64,000 nt of DNA from the NCBI RefSeq assembly GCF_009914755.1, contig NC_060943.1. One strand, written 5' to 3'. Position 1 is the first letter of the stretch, and each line of letters starts with the position of its first letter. Of the stretch, positions 38,991-63,307 are shown piece after piece. The stretch is from the human T2T-CHM13v2.0 reference genome, Homo sapiens. The translations under genes were made by a program, and so were the position numbers. Under the pieces are notes generated by a model. The model was given only the letters and a program-made list of their open reading frames with translations. It was not told the origin of the DNA and did not search any database.

Positions 38991-40285
38991 AGAAAGGCCG
39001 GTCTTGGGCTGAGTCCTGCCAGGGCCTGGTAGCCAGGGCCTAACAGTGTCCTTGTGTCCTTGCTAGGAGGTGAATTCCTAGTGTAGGCTTGACCCACTTT
39101 AGCTAGGGAAGCCACAGGATTTACCATTTCCAGGGGCCAGCTCTGCCTGAGGAGAGAGGCCTTCCTCATAAAGTCAGGCTTGGCTTCCTCCCAGCTGGCT
39201 GGCCTCCTTCTCCCTGATTCTAAATGCGGGCTTGTCACCGTGTGTCTGCATGTAGGCGCACGAGCGCACATCTGTGTGTGGGGGGGTGTTTGTGGTGCTG
39301 TGGGCAGCGTGGGGGTGGCATGTGTTAGCAAGCTGGGGGCCATTTCTACCCCACGGTTCTTTTTATATCTCACATTTACAGAAAGCCTGGACCTCTGAGC
39401 CTGGGCCTGTCAGTGGGCTGTTTGAGGCTTTGAAGGAAGGGACCAAGAGGCGGAGGCGTCTGAAACCCCGGCGCCGAGGGAGGATAGTCGGGTCAGGGGT
39501 GGCTGTTAGCTTCCTTCCATTGGCACTGACGGCATGCAGCCCGGGGCCATAGCCCTGCAGTGTCAGGTGTTGCAGAGCTATATTTTAAGACACTGGCACC
39601 ATGGTTCACACCTATATTCTCAACACTGAGGTTGGAGGAAGCTGAGGTTGGAAGGCTGAGGTGGGAGGGTCACTGGAGCTCAGGGATTCAAGACCAGCCT
39701 AGGCAACATAGTGAGACCCCATCTTTACATATATATATATATATATAGCGATTATGTGTATATATATATGTATAGCGATTATATATATATAGCGATTATA
39801 TATATACATATTTTTTCTCCTGCTTCAGTCTCCTGAGTAGCTGGGATTACAGGCTTGTGCCACCACGCCCAGCTAATTTTGTATTTTTAGTAGAGATGAG
39901 GTTTCACCATGTTGGTCAGGCTAGTCTTGAACTCCTGACCTCAGGTGATCTGCCCCCCTCGGCCTCACAAGGTGCTGGGATTACAAGCGGGAGGCACTGT
40001 GCCCAGCCCTACAAATATATATATATTTTACTTAGCTGGGTGCAGTGGCTGATACCTGTAGTCCCAGCTACTTGGGAGGCTGGGGAGGGAGGATTGCTTG
40101 AGCCCAGAAGATCGAAGTTGCAGTGAGCTATGCTCGTGCCACTGCACTAGCCTGGGTGACAGAGAGATCCTGACTAAAAAATAAATAAATAGGCCGGGCG
40201 CGGTGGCTCACGCCTGTAATCTCAGCACTTTGGGAGGCCGAGGCAGATGGATCACGAGGTCAGGAGATCGAGACCATCCTGGCTA

Positions 40286-40618
<333 letters not shown>

Positions 40619-40682
40619 CTACTAAAAATACAAAAATTAGCCGGGCATGATGTTGGGAGGTCCCTGTAATCCCAGCTACTCA

Positions 40683-40796
<114 letters not shown>

Positions 40797-41128
40797 TCAA
40801 AGTAAATATAATAAATAAAGCATACTCTCTCCACCTCCACTGCTGGGTCCTCACCAGGATGAATGGTTCAGAGCAAGGCCTGAAGGGGTCCTCCCTGAGA
40901 TGCTGGGAGCGTCTCCCTGAGAAGCCCTGTTGGGCTGGTCCCAGTGGACCCTGGGTGCTCGCTGCCTAAGCTGCCCTCCCCCATCCCTGCCCAGCTCTGC
41001 ACCCCATGAGAAGCCCTGTGGGTGGCCCCCAACTCAGGAGTTCCCACAGGGAGCTGAGGGCCGGTGATAGCCCCCCAGGCTTATGCAGTGACCTCGCTTA
41101 ACAGCTGGTAACTCCTGCAGGATTCTGA

Positions 41129-41762
<634 letters not shown>

Positions 41763-42117
41763 TGAGGTCAGGATATAGAGACCACCCTGGCTAACATGGT
41801 GAAGCCCCGTCTCTACTAAAAATACAAAAAATTAGCCGGGCGTGGTGGCGGGAGCCTGTAGTCCCAGCTACTCAGGAGGCTGAGGCAAGAGAATGGCGTG
41901 AACCCGGGAGGCGGAGCCTGCAGTGTGCCAAGATCACGCCACTGCACTCTAGCCTGGGCAACAGAGCGAGACTCTATATCAAAAAAATAAATAAATAAAA
42001 GTAAATAAAAATAAAATAAACACACTGTAGCCTTGAAATCCTGGGCTCAAGCAATTCTGACTCTGCCTCTCAAAACAATGGGACTGCAGAGGTGAGCCAC
42101 TGTGTCCAGCTAAAAAA

Positions 42118-42426
42118 ATATATATATATGTATATATGTGTATATATATGTATATACATGTGTATATATACATGTGTATGTGTATATATACGTGTATGTG
42201 TATATATACGTGCGTGTATATATACACGTGTGTGTATACGCATACATACGTGTGTGTATACGCATACATACGTGTGTGTATACGCATACATACGTGTGTG
42301 TATACGCATACATACGTGTGTGTATACGCATACATACGTGTGTATACGCATACATACGTGTGTATACGCATACATACGTGTGTATACGCATACATACGTG
42401 TGTATACGTATACGTATATATATATC
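42118..42426. repeat. Alternating purine-pyrimidine microsatellite/VNTR with 8 copies of TATACGCATACATACG (22-bp then 20-bp period)
   Basis: Unit starts at 42235, 42257, 42279, 42301, 42323, 42343, 42363, 42383. Confidence 0.92.
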
Positions 42427-42489
42427 AGCCAGGTTCGGTGGCTCATGCCTGTAATCCCAGCACTGCGGGAGGCTGACGTGGCTGGATCA

Positions 42490-42708
<219 letters not shown>

Positions 42709-42987
42709 TCAGAAAAAAAAAAAATTTTTTTTTCTTTGAGACAGTCTTGCTCTGTTGCCCAGGCTGGAGTGCAGTGACACAATCTTGGCTCTCTACAACC
42801 TCTGCTTCCTGGGTTCAAGTGATTCTCATGCCACAGCCTCCATAGTAGTTGGGATCACAGGCACGTGCCACCATGCCTGGCTGATTTTTGTATTTTTAGT
42901 AGAGATGGGGTTTCACCATGTTGGCCAGGCTGGTCTCGAACTCCTGACCGCCAATGATTCGCCTGCTTTGTCCTCCCAAAGTGCTGG

Positions 42988-44520
42988 TGTGTCCGGAGTT
43001 GGTGGGTTCTTGGTCTCACTGACTTCTAGTATGAAGCCGCGGACCCCCGCAGTGAGTGTTACAGCCCTTAAGGGGGCAAATCTGAAGTTTGTTCCTTCTG
43101 ACGTTTGGATGTGTTCGGAGTTTCTTCCTTCTGGTGGGTTCGTGATCTCGCTGGCTCAGGAGTGAAGCTGCAGACCTTTGCAGTGAGTGTCACAGCTCTT
43201 GAGGCGGCGCATCTGGAGTTGTTTGTTCCTCCCGGTGGGCTGGTGGTCTCCCTGGCTTCAGGAGTGAAGCTGCAGACCTTTGCGGTGAGTGTTACAGCTC
43301 ATAAAAGCAGTGTGGACTCAAAGAGTGGTCAGTAGCAATATTTATTGCAAAGAGCAAAATAACAAAGCTTCCACAGTGTGGAAACGGACTGGAACGCGTT
43401 GCCACTGCCAGCTGGGACAGCCTGCCTTTATTCTCTCATCTGGTCCCACCCACATCCTGCCGATTGGTAGCGCCCAGTGGTCTGTTTTGACAGGGCGCTG
43501 ATTGGTGCGTTTACAATCCCTGAGCCAGACACAAAGGTTCTCCACGTCCCCACCAGATTAGCTAGATACAGAGTGTCCATTGGGGCATTAACAAAGCCCG
43601 AGCTAGACACAGGGTGCTGATTGGTGTGTTTACAAATCTTGAGCTAGATACAGAGTGCTGATTGGTGTATTCACAATCCCTGAGCTAGACATAAAGGTTC
43701 TCCAAGGCCCCATCAGAGTAGCTACATACAGAGTGTCGATTGGTGGATTCACAAACCCTGAGCTAGACACAGGGTGCTGATTGGTGTGTTTACAAACCTT
43801 GAGCTAGATACAGAGTGCCGATTGGTGTATTTACAATCCCTGAGCTAGACATAAAGGTTCTCCAAGGCCCCACCAGACTCAGGAGCCTAGCTGCCTTCAC
43901 CCAGTGTATCCTGCACCGGGGCTGCAGGTGGAGCTGCCTGCCAGTCCCGCGCCGTGTGCCTGCACTCCTCAGCCCTTGGGTGGTCGGATGGGACTGGGCG
44001 CCGTGGAGCAGGGGGTGGCGCTCGTCGAGGAGGCTCGGGCGGTACAGGAGCCCACGGAGGGGGTGGGAGGCTCAGGCATGGCGGGCTGCAGGTCCCGAGC
44101 CCTGCCCCACGGAAAGGCAGCTAAGGCCCGGCGAGAAATTGAGCGCAGCGCCGGTGGGCTGGCGCTGCTGGGGGACCCAGTATACCCTCTGCAGCTGCTG
44201 GCCCGGGTGCTAAGCCCCTCATTGCCCGGGGCCGGTGGGGCGGGCCAGCCGGCTGCTCCAAGTGCAGGGCCCGCCAAGCCCACGCCCACCCGGAACTCCA
44301 GCCGGCCCGCAAGCGCCGCACGCAGCCCCGGTTCCCGCTCGCGCCTCTCCCTGCAAGCTGAGGGAGTGGGCTCCGGCCTTGGCCAGCCTAGAAAGGGGCT
44401 CCCACAGTGCAGCGGTGGGCTGAAGGGCTCCCCAAGTGCCGCCAAAGTGGAAGCCCAGGCAGAGGAGGCGCTGAGAGCGAGGGAGGGCTGTGAGGACTGC
44501 CAGCACGCTGTCACCTCTCA
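42988..44520 (-). mobile_element. Solo LTR12C (HERV9) LTR, 1533 bp, inserted into an Alu
   Basis: Minus strand starts TGAGAGGTGACAGCGTGCTGGCAG and ends ...CCGGACACA; 4-bp TSD CTGG (42984-42987; 44521-44524); tandem ~40-bp repeats with 8 CCAAT boxes (43463-43825); AATAAA TATA-like box 43432-43427 and poly(A) signal 43346-43341. Confidence 0.95.
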
Positions 44521-44753
44521 CTGGGATTACAGGTGTGAGCTACCACGCCCAGCCAAAAAAATTTTTTATAGATGGGGTCTCACTATGTTGCCGAGGCTGG
44601 TCTCTAACTCCTGAGGGAAAGCAATTCTCTCGCCTCAGCCTTCTGAGTACGTGTGATTACAGGTGGAGTGATGAAAATATTCTGAAACTAGATGCAGGTG
44701 GTGGTTGTATTACATTGTGAATGTACTGAATGCCTCAGAATTGTACATTTTAA

Positions 44754-45279
<526 letters not shown>

Positions 45280-45282
45280 TGA

Positions 45283-46079
<797 letters not shown>

Positions 46080-46493
46080 TAGAGACAGGGTTTCGCCGTG
46101 TTAGCCAGGATGGTCTCGATCTCCTGACCTTGTGATCCACCCGCCTTGGCCTCCCAAAGTGCTGGGATTACAGGCGTAAGCCACCGCGCCCAGCCTCTAT
46201 TTTTAATAGAGACGGGGTGTCACCATGTTCTCCAGGCTGGTCTTGAACTCCTGACCTCAGATGATCTGCCCACCTCGGCCTCCCAAAATGCTGGAATTAC
46301 AGTCGTGAGCCACTGCGCCTGGCTCTTTTTACTTTCTTTAATGTGACTACTAGAACATTTTGTTTGTTTGTTTATTTATTTATTGAGACAGTGTCTGACT
46401 CTGTTACCCAGGCTAGAGTTCAGTGGCACCATCTCAGCTCACTGCAATCTCTACCTCCCACACTCAAGCGATCCTGCCACCTCAGCCTCCTGA

Positions 46494-46875
<382 letters not shown>

Positions 46876-47108
46876 TGAGTTCAAGCAATCTGCTCACCTC
46901 GGCCTCTCAAAATGTTGGGATTACAGTTGTAACCCACTGCATCAGGCTAGAAATTTTAAATGTGGCATACTTTGGATTTCCATTGGGAGGCTCTGGTTTA
47001 ACACTACTGTGCCTCCAGAGACAACACATCACACCTATTTCCTCTGCCCAGCAGGTGGAAACCCCCAGGGCCACTGTGGACCCACAGCAAGGCAGAGAGA
47101 AGTCTTAG

Positions 47109-47354
<246 letters not shown>

Positions 47355-47357
47355 TGA

Positions 47358-47516
<159 letters not shown>

Positions 47517-47569
47517 TAGTAGAGACAGGGTTTCTCCATGTTGAGGCTGGTCTCGAACTCCTGACCTCA

Positions 47570-48275
<706 letters not shown>

Positions 48276-48768
48276 TAGCTAATTTTTGTAACGATGGGGT
48301 CTTGCCATGTTGCCCAGGGTGGTCTTGAACTTCTGGCCTCAGGCGATCTGCCCCCCTCAGCCTCCGAAAGTGCTAGGATTACAAGCACGGGCCACTGCAC
48401 CCAGCCACTGACGGGACTTTGGATTCATGGTTTGGTTCCAGAGGTAGCAGGACCTAACTCTCCCTGGCTGGCTGGGGCGGGTAGGGGAAAGAGATGGTTT
48501 CAATATCTTGAACCACCCTGAACTTTGGACCTCCTGAAGTTCAAGGACCTGGAGATTGTTGTTCTGGATCACGATTTAGGAGGGGGCGGAGGCGGGGGTG
48601 GGGTGGACGTGGCAGAAGTTAACTAGGTCTCAACCAGCAGGGGCGTGTCCTCACCTCAGGGAAATGGCAAGTGTGACTGGATGGAAACCAGAAACCAACC
48701 GGTTATAGATTCAAGTCTCATCCTTTTTACAATTGTATGACATTGGACAAGTAATTGAGCCTTTTTGA

Positions 48769-48900
<132 letters not shown>

Positions 48901-48907
48901 TGAGTAA

Positions 48908-49123
<216 letters not shown>

Positions 49124-49140
49124 TGAGGCCAGGAGTTTGA

Positions 49141-49546
<406 letters not shown>

Positions 49547-49882
49547 TAACCTCTGCCTCCCTGGTTCAAGCAATTCTCCTGCCTCAGTCCCGCTGAGTAA
49601 CTGGGATTACACATGCCCACCACCACCCCCGGCTAATTTTTGTGTTTTTAGTAGAGATGTTGGGCGGGGTGGGGGGGGGGGGGTCTCACCACATTGGCCA
49701 GGCTGGTCTCGAACTCCTGACCTCAGATTATCCACGCGCCTTGGCCTCCCAAAGTGTTGGGATTACAGGCATGAGCCGCCGTGCCTGGCCAAAACCCTGT
49801 CTCTTAAACAAACAAAAAAGGTTAGGTGCGGTGGCTCACGCCTGTAATCCCAGCACTTTTGGAGGCCAAGGCGGGCGGATCA

Positions 49883-50167
<285 letters not shown>

Positions 50168-50205
50168 CTAGCTACTAAGTAGGCTCAGGTGGGAGAATTG
50201 CTTGA

Positions 50206-50573
<368 letters not shown>

Positions 50574-51698
50574 TCAGCTACCCAGAAGGCTGAGGCAGGA
50601 GAATCGCTTGAACCCAGGAGGCGGAGGTTGCAGTGAGCCGAGATCACACCATTGCACAGAGCGAAACCTCGTCTCAAAAAAAGAAAAAAAGAAGTGAGGT
50701 CTCACTATGTTGCCCAGCCTTGTCTCAAACTCCTGGACTCAAGTGATCCTCCCGTCTTGGCCTCCCAAAGTGCTGGGATTTAAAAAAAAAAAGTAGCCAG
50801 GTGTGGTGGCACTCACCTGTGGTCGCAGCTACTTGGGAGGCTGAGGTGGGAGGTTCAATTGGAGGAGGTCGAGGGTGCAGTGAGCTATAATGGGACCACG
50901 GTACTCCAGCCTGGGAAACAAAGTGAGACACTGTCTCAACAACAACGACAGAAAACCAAACCAAAACAAAAAAGAAGAAAAAGAAAAAAGAGACTGCCTC
51001 TGTCTTTCCAGTTTTGGTTTCCTTCCTTCCTTCCTTCCTTCCTTTTTCTCTTTCTTCTTTTTTTTTTTTTGAGACAGTGTCTCGCTCTGTTGCCCAGGCT
51101 GGAGTGCAGTGGTGCGATCTTGGCTCACTGCAATCTCTGCCTCCCGGGTTCAGAACAGCAATTTTCCTGCTTCAGCCTTCCGAGTAGCTAGGACTACAGA
51201 CATGCGCCACCATGCCTGGCTAATTTTTGTATTTTTAGTAGAGATGGGGTTTCACCATGTTGGCCAGGCTGGTCTCAAGCCCCTGACCTCAAATGATCCA
51301 TCTGCCTTGGCCTCCCAAAATGCTGGGATTACAGGCGTGAGCCACTGTGCCTGGCCTGCCACTTTCTCTACCTCTCCTAAGCAGCCACTCCCCTCACACA
51401 AGAGAATTGCTTCAACCCGGGAGGCGGAGGTTGCAGTGAGGTGAGATTGTGCCGCTGTACTCCAGCCTGGGCGACAGAGCAAGACTGTATCTCAAAAAAA
51501 TAATAATAATAATAATAAATAAAAATTAAAAATTAGTTGGGCGCTGTGAAACCCACCTATAGTGGCCCACTGCGCCTGGCCATCCAGTTAGAATTAAGAG
51601 TGGTCTCTCCGGGCGTGGTGGCTCACGCCTGTAATCCCAGCACTTTGGGAGGCTGAGGTGGGAGGATCACCTGCGGTCGGGAGTTTGAGACCAGCCTA

Positions 51699-52058
<360 letters not shown>

Positions 52059-53540
52059 CTAATTTTGTGGAGTTCCAAATCTAATTTGATTGTCCAATTG
52101 ATTTACTTTTTTTTGTTTGTTTGTTTTGAGACAGGGTCTCACTCTGTCGCATAGGCTGGAGTGCAGTGGTGGTGCGATCTCTGCTCACTGCAACTTCTGC
52201 CTTCCTGGTTCAAGGAATTCTTATGCCTCAGCGTCCTGAGTAGCTGGGGTTACAGGCATGCACCACCACGTCTGGCTAACTTTTGTATTTTTCGTAGAGA
52301 CAGGGTTTCACCATGTTGGCCAGGCTGGTCCCGAACTCCTGACCTCAAGTGATCCACCTGCCTCGGGCTCCCAAAGTGCTGGGATTATAGGTGTGAATCA
52401 CGGCTCCCGGATTTTTTTCAAAAATTTCAAAATTTATTATTTGTTTGAGACACAGTCTCACTCTGTTGCCCAGGCTGGAGTGCAATGGGGTGGTCTCGGC
52501 TCACTGCAACCTCCGACCCATGGGGTGAAGGGGTTCTCAAGCCTCTCAGGCTCCTGAGTAGCTGGGATTACAGGTGTGAGCCACTGCACCCGGCCGAAGT
52601 TCTAGATTCTTTTTGTTTGTTTGTTTTGAGACGAAGTCTTGCTCTGTCGAGATCTCGGTTCATTTCAACCTCCACCTCCCAGGTTCAAGCAATCCTGCTG
52701 CCTCAGCCTCCTGAGTAGCTCTGACTACAGGCACGCACCACCACGCCCAGTTTGTATTTTTAGTAGAGACAGGGTTTCACCATGTTGGCCAGGATGGTCT
52801 CGATCTCTTTCTTTTTGTTTTTTGAGACGGTATCTCGCTCTGTGGCTCACTGCAACCTCTGCCCAGGTTGAAGCAATTCTCCCAGTAGCTCAATTACTAC
52901 AATGGTGGGGATTACAGGAACCCACCATTATGCCCGGCTAATTTTTGTATTTTTATAGAGACTGCGTTTCACCATTTTGGCCAGGCTGGTAGTGAACTCC
53001 TGACACCTCAAGTGATCTGCCCGCCTCGGCCTCCCAAAGCGGTGGGATTACAGGTGTGAGCCACCGCTCCCAGCCTCGAGTTCTAGATTTGTTAATCAGT
53101 TACAGTTTTCTCACCTTTGGCTGTTTGCCAGCTGGCCTCCAGGTGACGCTGTCGACCTGCCTCCTCCTCCACTTGTACAGACTGCCACCTCAGGTCAACC
53201 AAGGGCCTCCAGGCCGTCCCTGGAGCCTGGAGCTCGGGACACCCCATTGAACAAGGCCCGGGACTTAATCTTGTGCAGTTTTGAATCTAATTTGATTGTC
53301 CAATTGATTGATTATTATACTGTGGTCTTTGATTGGACAAGGCGGTCCTTGAGACTCAGGAAACACATTTTGGAGAAGAAGGTGCCTGGGCACCCTTAGA
53401 ACATTTTTCCAAGCTGGGCATTGTGGCATGTGCCTGTAGTCCCGGCTACTTGGGAGTCTGAGGCAGGAGGATCCCTTGAGTCTACAAGTTTCAGGCCAGC
53501 CTGGGTAATATAACAATACCCTGACTTAAAAAAAAAAAAG

Positions 53541-55095
<1,555 letters not shown>

Positions 55096-55391
55096 ATTCT
55101 TTTTTTTTTTTTTTGAGAGACAGTCTTACTCTATTGCCCAGGCTGGAGTTCAGTGGCACGGTCTCGGTGCAACCTCTGGCTCCCGGGTTCAAGTGATTCT
55201 CCTGCCTCAGCCTCCTGAGTAGCTGGGATTACAGGCGCCCACCACCACATCCGGCTAGTTTTTGTATTTTTAGTAGAGACTGGGTTTTACCATCTTGGCC
55301 AGGCTGGTCTTGAACTCTTGACCTCAGGTGATGCACCCACCTCAGCCTCCCAAAGTGCTGGGATTACTGACGTGAGCCATGGCACCCCACC

Positions 55392-55523
55392 TAAATATTT
55401 ATATTTAAGATGACACATATCCCAAGTACACTTGATTTGATCTTTACAAATTATATGAATGTATTAAATTATCACATGTACCCCCAAAACTATGTACATC
55501 TATGATGCATCAATAAAAAAAAG
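55392..55523 (+). mobile_element. L1MA-type extreme 3' end with AATAAA/poly(A)
   Basis: ttatatgaatgtattaaattatcacatgtaccccc...atgtacatcta...aataaaaaaaa. Confidence 0.7.
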
Positions 55524-55564
55524 TATTGAGTGTAGTGGCTCATGCTTGTAATTCCAACTACTCA

Positions 55565-55794
<230 letters not shown>

Positions 55795-55849
<55 letters not shown>
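55795..55849. repeat. Pure (AT)n microsatellite
   Basis: About 27 uninterrupted AT units replacing an Alu tail. Confidence 0.95.
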
Positions 55850-55857
<8 letters not shown>

Positions 55858-56477
55858 AATGTCCAAATATATATATATCAGAGTGGGCAGGAGGGAGGTC
55901 GCCTTTTGCAGGGCTGCAGGGACAGGTATGAGAGAACCAAGAGTGGGTGAGAGGGGCTGGGCCTGATGTAAACGTGTGCAGGGCTCGTAGGGGCCTGGGG
56001 CTGGGGGAAGCTCACAGGGGGAGAGGTAGTAGGCGTGACGGGTGTGACAGGAGACCGCAGCGTGGGACCGGCCATCATTCCAGGCAGGGCAGGGGCGGCA
56101 GAGACAGGAGCCCAGATGGAACGTAGGCACCCTATATAGCGGACGTGGCTGTCATCACCGATTCAGGACGTGGGTGGGATGACATTGGTTTCCGTGTCTG
56201 TCCCCTCTGCAGTCTCTCCTCCGCGATGGCTGCCCCTGTCTGCTCATCCTCACCTGGCCTTCAGCAGGTGCTCAGCTGACATCGGTGAGGGAATGGGAGT
56301 GATTCGTCATCACAGTAACCGTGTACTTCAGGTAAACGCTCAGAAGGAAGCCAGTTCCCACAGGACTCACAGTGGGAGACAGAGCGGAGCGTCCAGTGCT
56401 TCCTCGGCTAGCTGTATCCCACGATGCCGGGTCATTTGCGGACACAGTCTGCACCTCCTTTATCGCTTGTGTTACTG

Positions 56478-57290
<813 letters not shown>

Positions 57291-57440
57291 ACTCCTATTT
57301 CTTTAATTTTTTATTTTATTTTATTTTTTTGAGACGGAGTTTCCCTCTGTCTCCCAGGCTGGAGTGCAGTGGCATGATCTCGGCTCACTACGACCTCCGC
57401 TTCCCAGGTTCAAGCCAATTCTCCTGCCTCAGCCTCCTGA

Positions 57441-57707
<267 letters not shown>

Positions 57708-58219
57708 TAGCCTTAGCTGGGACTACAGGTGCTTGCTACCACACCTGACTTCTTTAATTTTTTTTTTTTTTTTTTTTTTTGAGATGATGCCTTGCTCTAT
57801 CTCCCAGACTGGAGGCTCTGTCACCCAGGCTGGAGTGCAGTGGCGCAATCTTGTCTCACTGCAACCTCTGCCTCCCGTGTTCAAGCGATTCTCCTGCCTC
57901 AGTCTCCTGAGTAGGTGGGATTACAGGCACCCGCTGCCACACCTGGCTAATTTCTGTATTTTTTAGTAGAGACGGGGTTTCACCATGTTGGCTAGGCTGG
58001 TCTCGAACTCCTGACCTTGTGATCTACCTGCCTCGGCCTCCCAAAGTGCTGGGATTACAGGCATCAGCCACTGCGCCTGGCCACTTTTTTTTTTTTTTTA
58101 ACTTGAAACATTTTATCTTTTTTTTTTTTTTTGAGATAGGGTTTCGCTCTGTCACCCAGGCTGGAGTACAGTGGTGTGATGACAGCTCACTGAAGCTTCA
58201 ACCTCCTGGGCTCAGGTGA

Positions 58220-58717
<498 letters not shown>

Positions 58718-59201
58718 TGAGTAGCTGGGACTACAGGTGCACGCCACCTCCCCTGTCTAATTTTTGTACAGTAGAGACGGGGTTTTGCCATGTTGGCCAG
58801 GCTGTTCTCAAACTCCTGACCTCCATGATCTGCCTGCCTCAGGCTTCCAAAGTGCTGGGATTACAGGCGTGAGCCACCGTGCCCGGCCCTGTTTTATCAC
58901 TTTAATCATTGGTATCTGTAAGAGACTGGCTTTGCTGGGCTGGTGGGGCTTTCTCCAATGCACAGTGAAATAAATGCAGCTTCCTGGCTGGGTGTCCTGA
59001 CCCCATCCTCTCTGCTTCCGGGTATTTCCCTAAAGTTGAGCCTTCACCCCAGCGTTGCCCTGAGTTCCTGAGGCTGGGGTTCCAGTCCTGGAAGCTGGGG
59101 TGCTCTGGCTGGGCCCCCTGCACAGTCTGGGCTCTCTCACAAGTCCTCCAGCAGAGCGATGTCACCCTTCCACGTCCCCACCCCAGTTCTCTGACGGCAG
59201 C

Positions 59202-60490
<1,289 letters not shown>

Positions 60491-60696
60491 TGTCTCCCTC
60501 TCTCTCTTTTTTTTTTGGAACAGGGTTTTGCTCTGTCACCCAGGCTGGAGTGCAGTGGTGTGATCATAGGTCACTGATGCCTTGACCTCCTGGGTTCAAG
60601 TGATCCTCCTACCTCAGCCTCCCAAGTAGCTGAGACCACAGGCATGCACCGCCATGCCGGGCTAACTTTTGTATTATTTATTTATTTATTTTTTGA

Positions 60697-60855
<159 letters not shown>

Positions 60856-60911
60856 TAGTAGAGATGGGGTTTTTCCATGTTGGCCAGGCTGTTCTCGAAC
60901 TCCCGACCTCA

Positions 60912-61043
<132 letters not shown>

Positions 61044-61077
61044 TCAAGTGATCCTCCTGCCTCAGCCTCTCGAGTAG

Positions 61078-61449
<372 letters not shown>

Positions 61450-62023
61450 TAGCAGAGACGGGGTTTCACCGTGTTAGCCAGGATGGTCTTGATCTCCTGA
61501 CCTCATGATCTGCCCGCCTCGGCCTCCCAAAGTGCTGGGATTACAGGCTTGAGCCACCGCGCCCGGTCACCTCAGGGCATTTCTATGACAATCATGCCCT
61601 TCCAACCTTCCAGGTGATGAGGCTCAAGCAATGGCCTGAGAGTATGTGAGACTGGGGACTAGGCCAAGCTCCGCCCCTCTTCCTCATCCCCTGATCTTCC
61701 CACCCTGTGTCTCCTGGGCAACTAACACTCTAGCCTGATGATGTGCACTGTGGAGGCCTTGGGTCTACCTCTTGGCACTCGGGCATAGACTTGGCCTTTG
61801 AGTTCAGGGCTCATGGGGGGCTTCGGTAGTGAACTTCATTCCTGGGAGGACAGATGGCTGCAGCCTCATTGACAGCAGAGGGAATTGCACAAACCCTGGC
61901 TTACTCCAGTGGCTCCTGGACACACTCAACCCCAGCACCATGGGAGGGGGACCAGAGGCCAGCTCTGCAATGGATGGGCAGCTTGTTTAGAAGCCTGTGG
62001 TGGTTGCCAGATTGCCTGGTTAG

Positions 62024-62296
<273 letters not shown>

Positions 62297-62905
62297 TGAT
62301 CTGCTCACCTTGGCCTCCCAAAGTGCTGGGATTACAGGCGTGAGCCTCTGTACCCAGCCTTAAAAAAAACAAACTTTTTTTTTTAGAGACAGCGTCTTGC
62401 TATGTTGCCCAGGCTGGTCTTGAACTACTGGCCTCAAGTGATTCTCCCAAAGTGTTGAGATTACAAGAGTCAGACACCGCACTCGACCTCAAAACTTTGA
62501 CTTCTCGTTGGACTGATCTTTTCCTAGATGCCATTATTTTATTTATTTATTTTTACTTTTAATTTTTTTAGAGATGGGATCTTTCTACGTCACCCAGGCT
62601 GGAATGCAATGGTTATTCACAGGTGTGATCATAGCTGGTCTTGACCTCGTGGGCTCAAGTGATCCTCCTGCCTCAGCCTCCTGAACAGCTGGGACTACAG
62701 GTGTGTGCCACCACATTTGGCTTACCATTATTTTAGAAGGACTTACACCTGTCTTGCTATCTGGAGTCTGCAGATTTCTTACCCAAGGTAAGCTCAAGCA
62801 GGGCCTGTTGTCTGGAACAAGACCTGTTCAAAATGTTTGCCTTAATGCTACAGTAGTAATGGTGATAGTCAATAGTAGCTTGCTATGGGTCAGGTACTGT
62901 TGTGA

Positions 62906-63307
<402 letters not shown>

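Noticed and set aside
43460-43870. Regularly spaced ~40-bp repeats resembling a CRISPR-like array
   Set aside because: These are the known NF-Y/GATA tandem repeats of the ERV9 LTR; there are no unique spacers and the DNA is human.
43904-44614. 236-aa and 181-aa ORFs
   Set aside because: Almost entirely within the GC-rich U3 of LTR12C (the longer one ends in Alu); typical LTR12 pseudo-ORFs.
48632-48648. CTCF-like CCAGCAGGGGCG (also CCAGCAGGTGGA near 47048)
   Set aside because: Each misses a core position of the consensus; too weak to call from sequence alone.
56131-56140. CArG/TATA-like CCTATATAGC in a CpG-containing unique block (55880-56470)
   Set aside because: One mismatch from CArG, with no adjacent ETS site or downstream gene structure.
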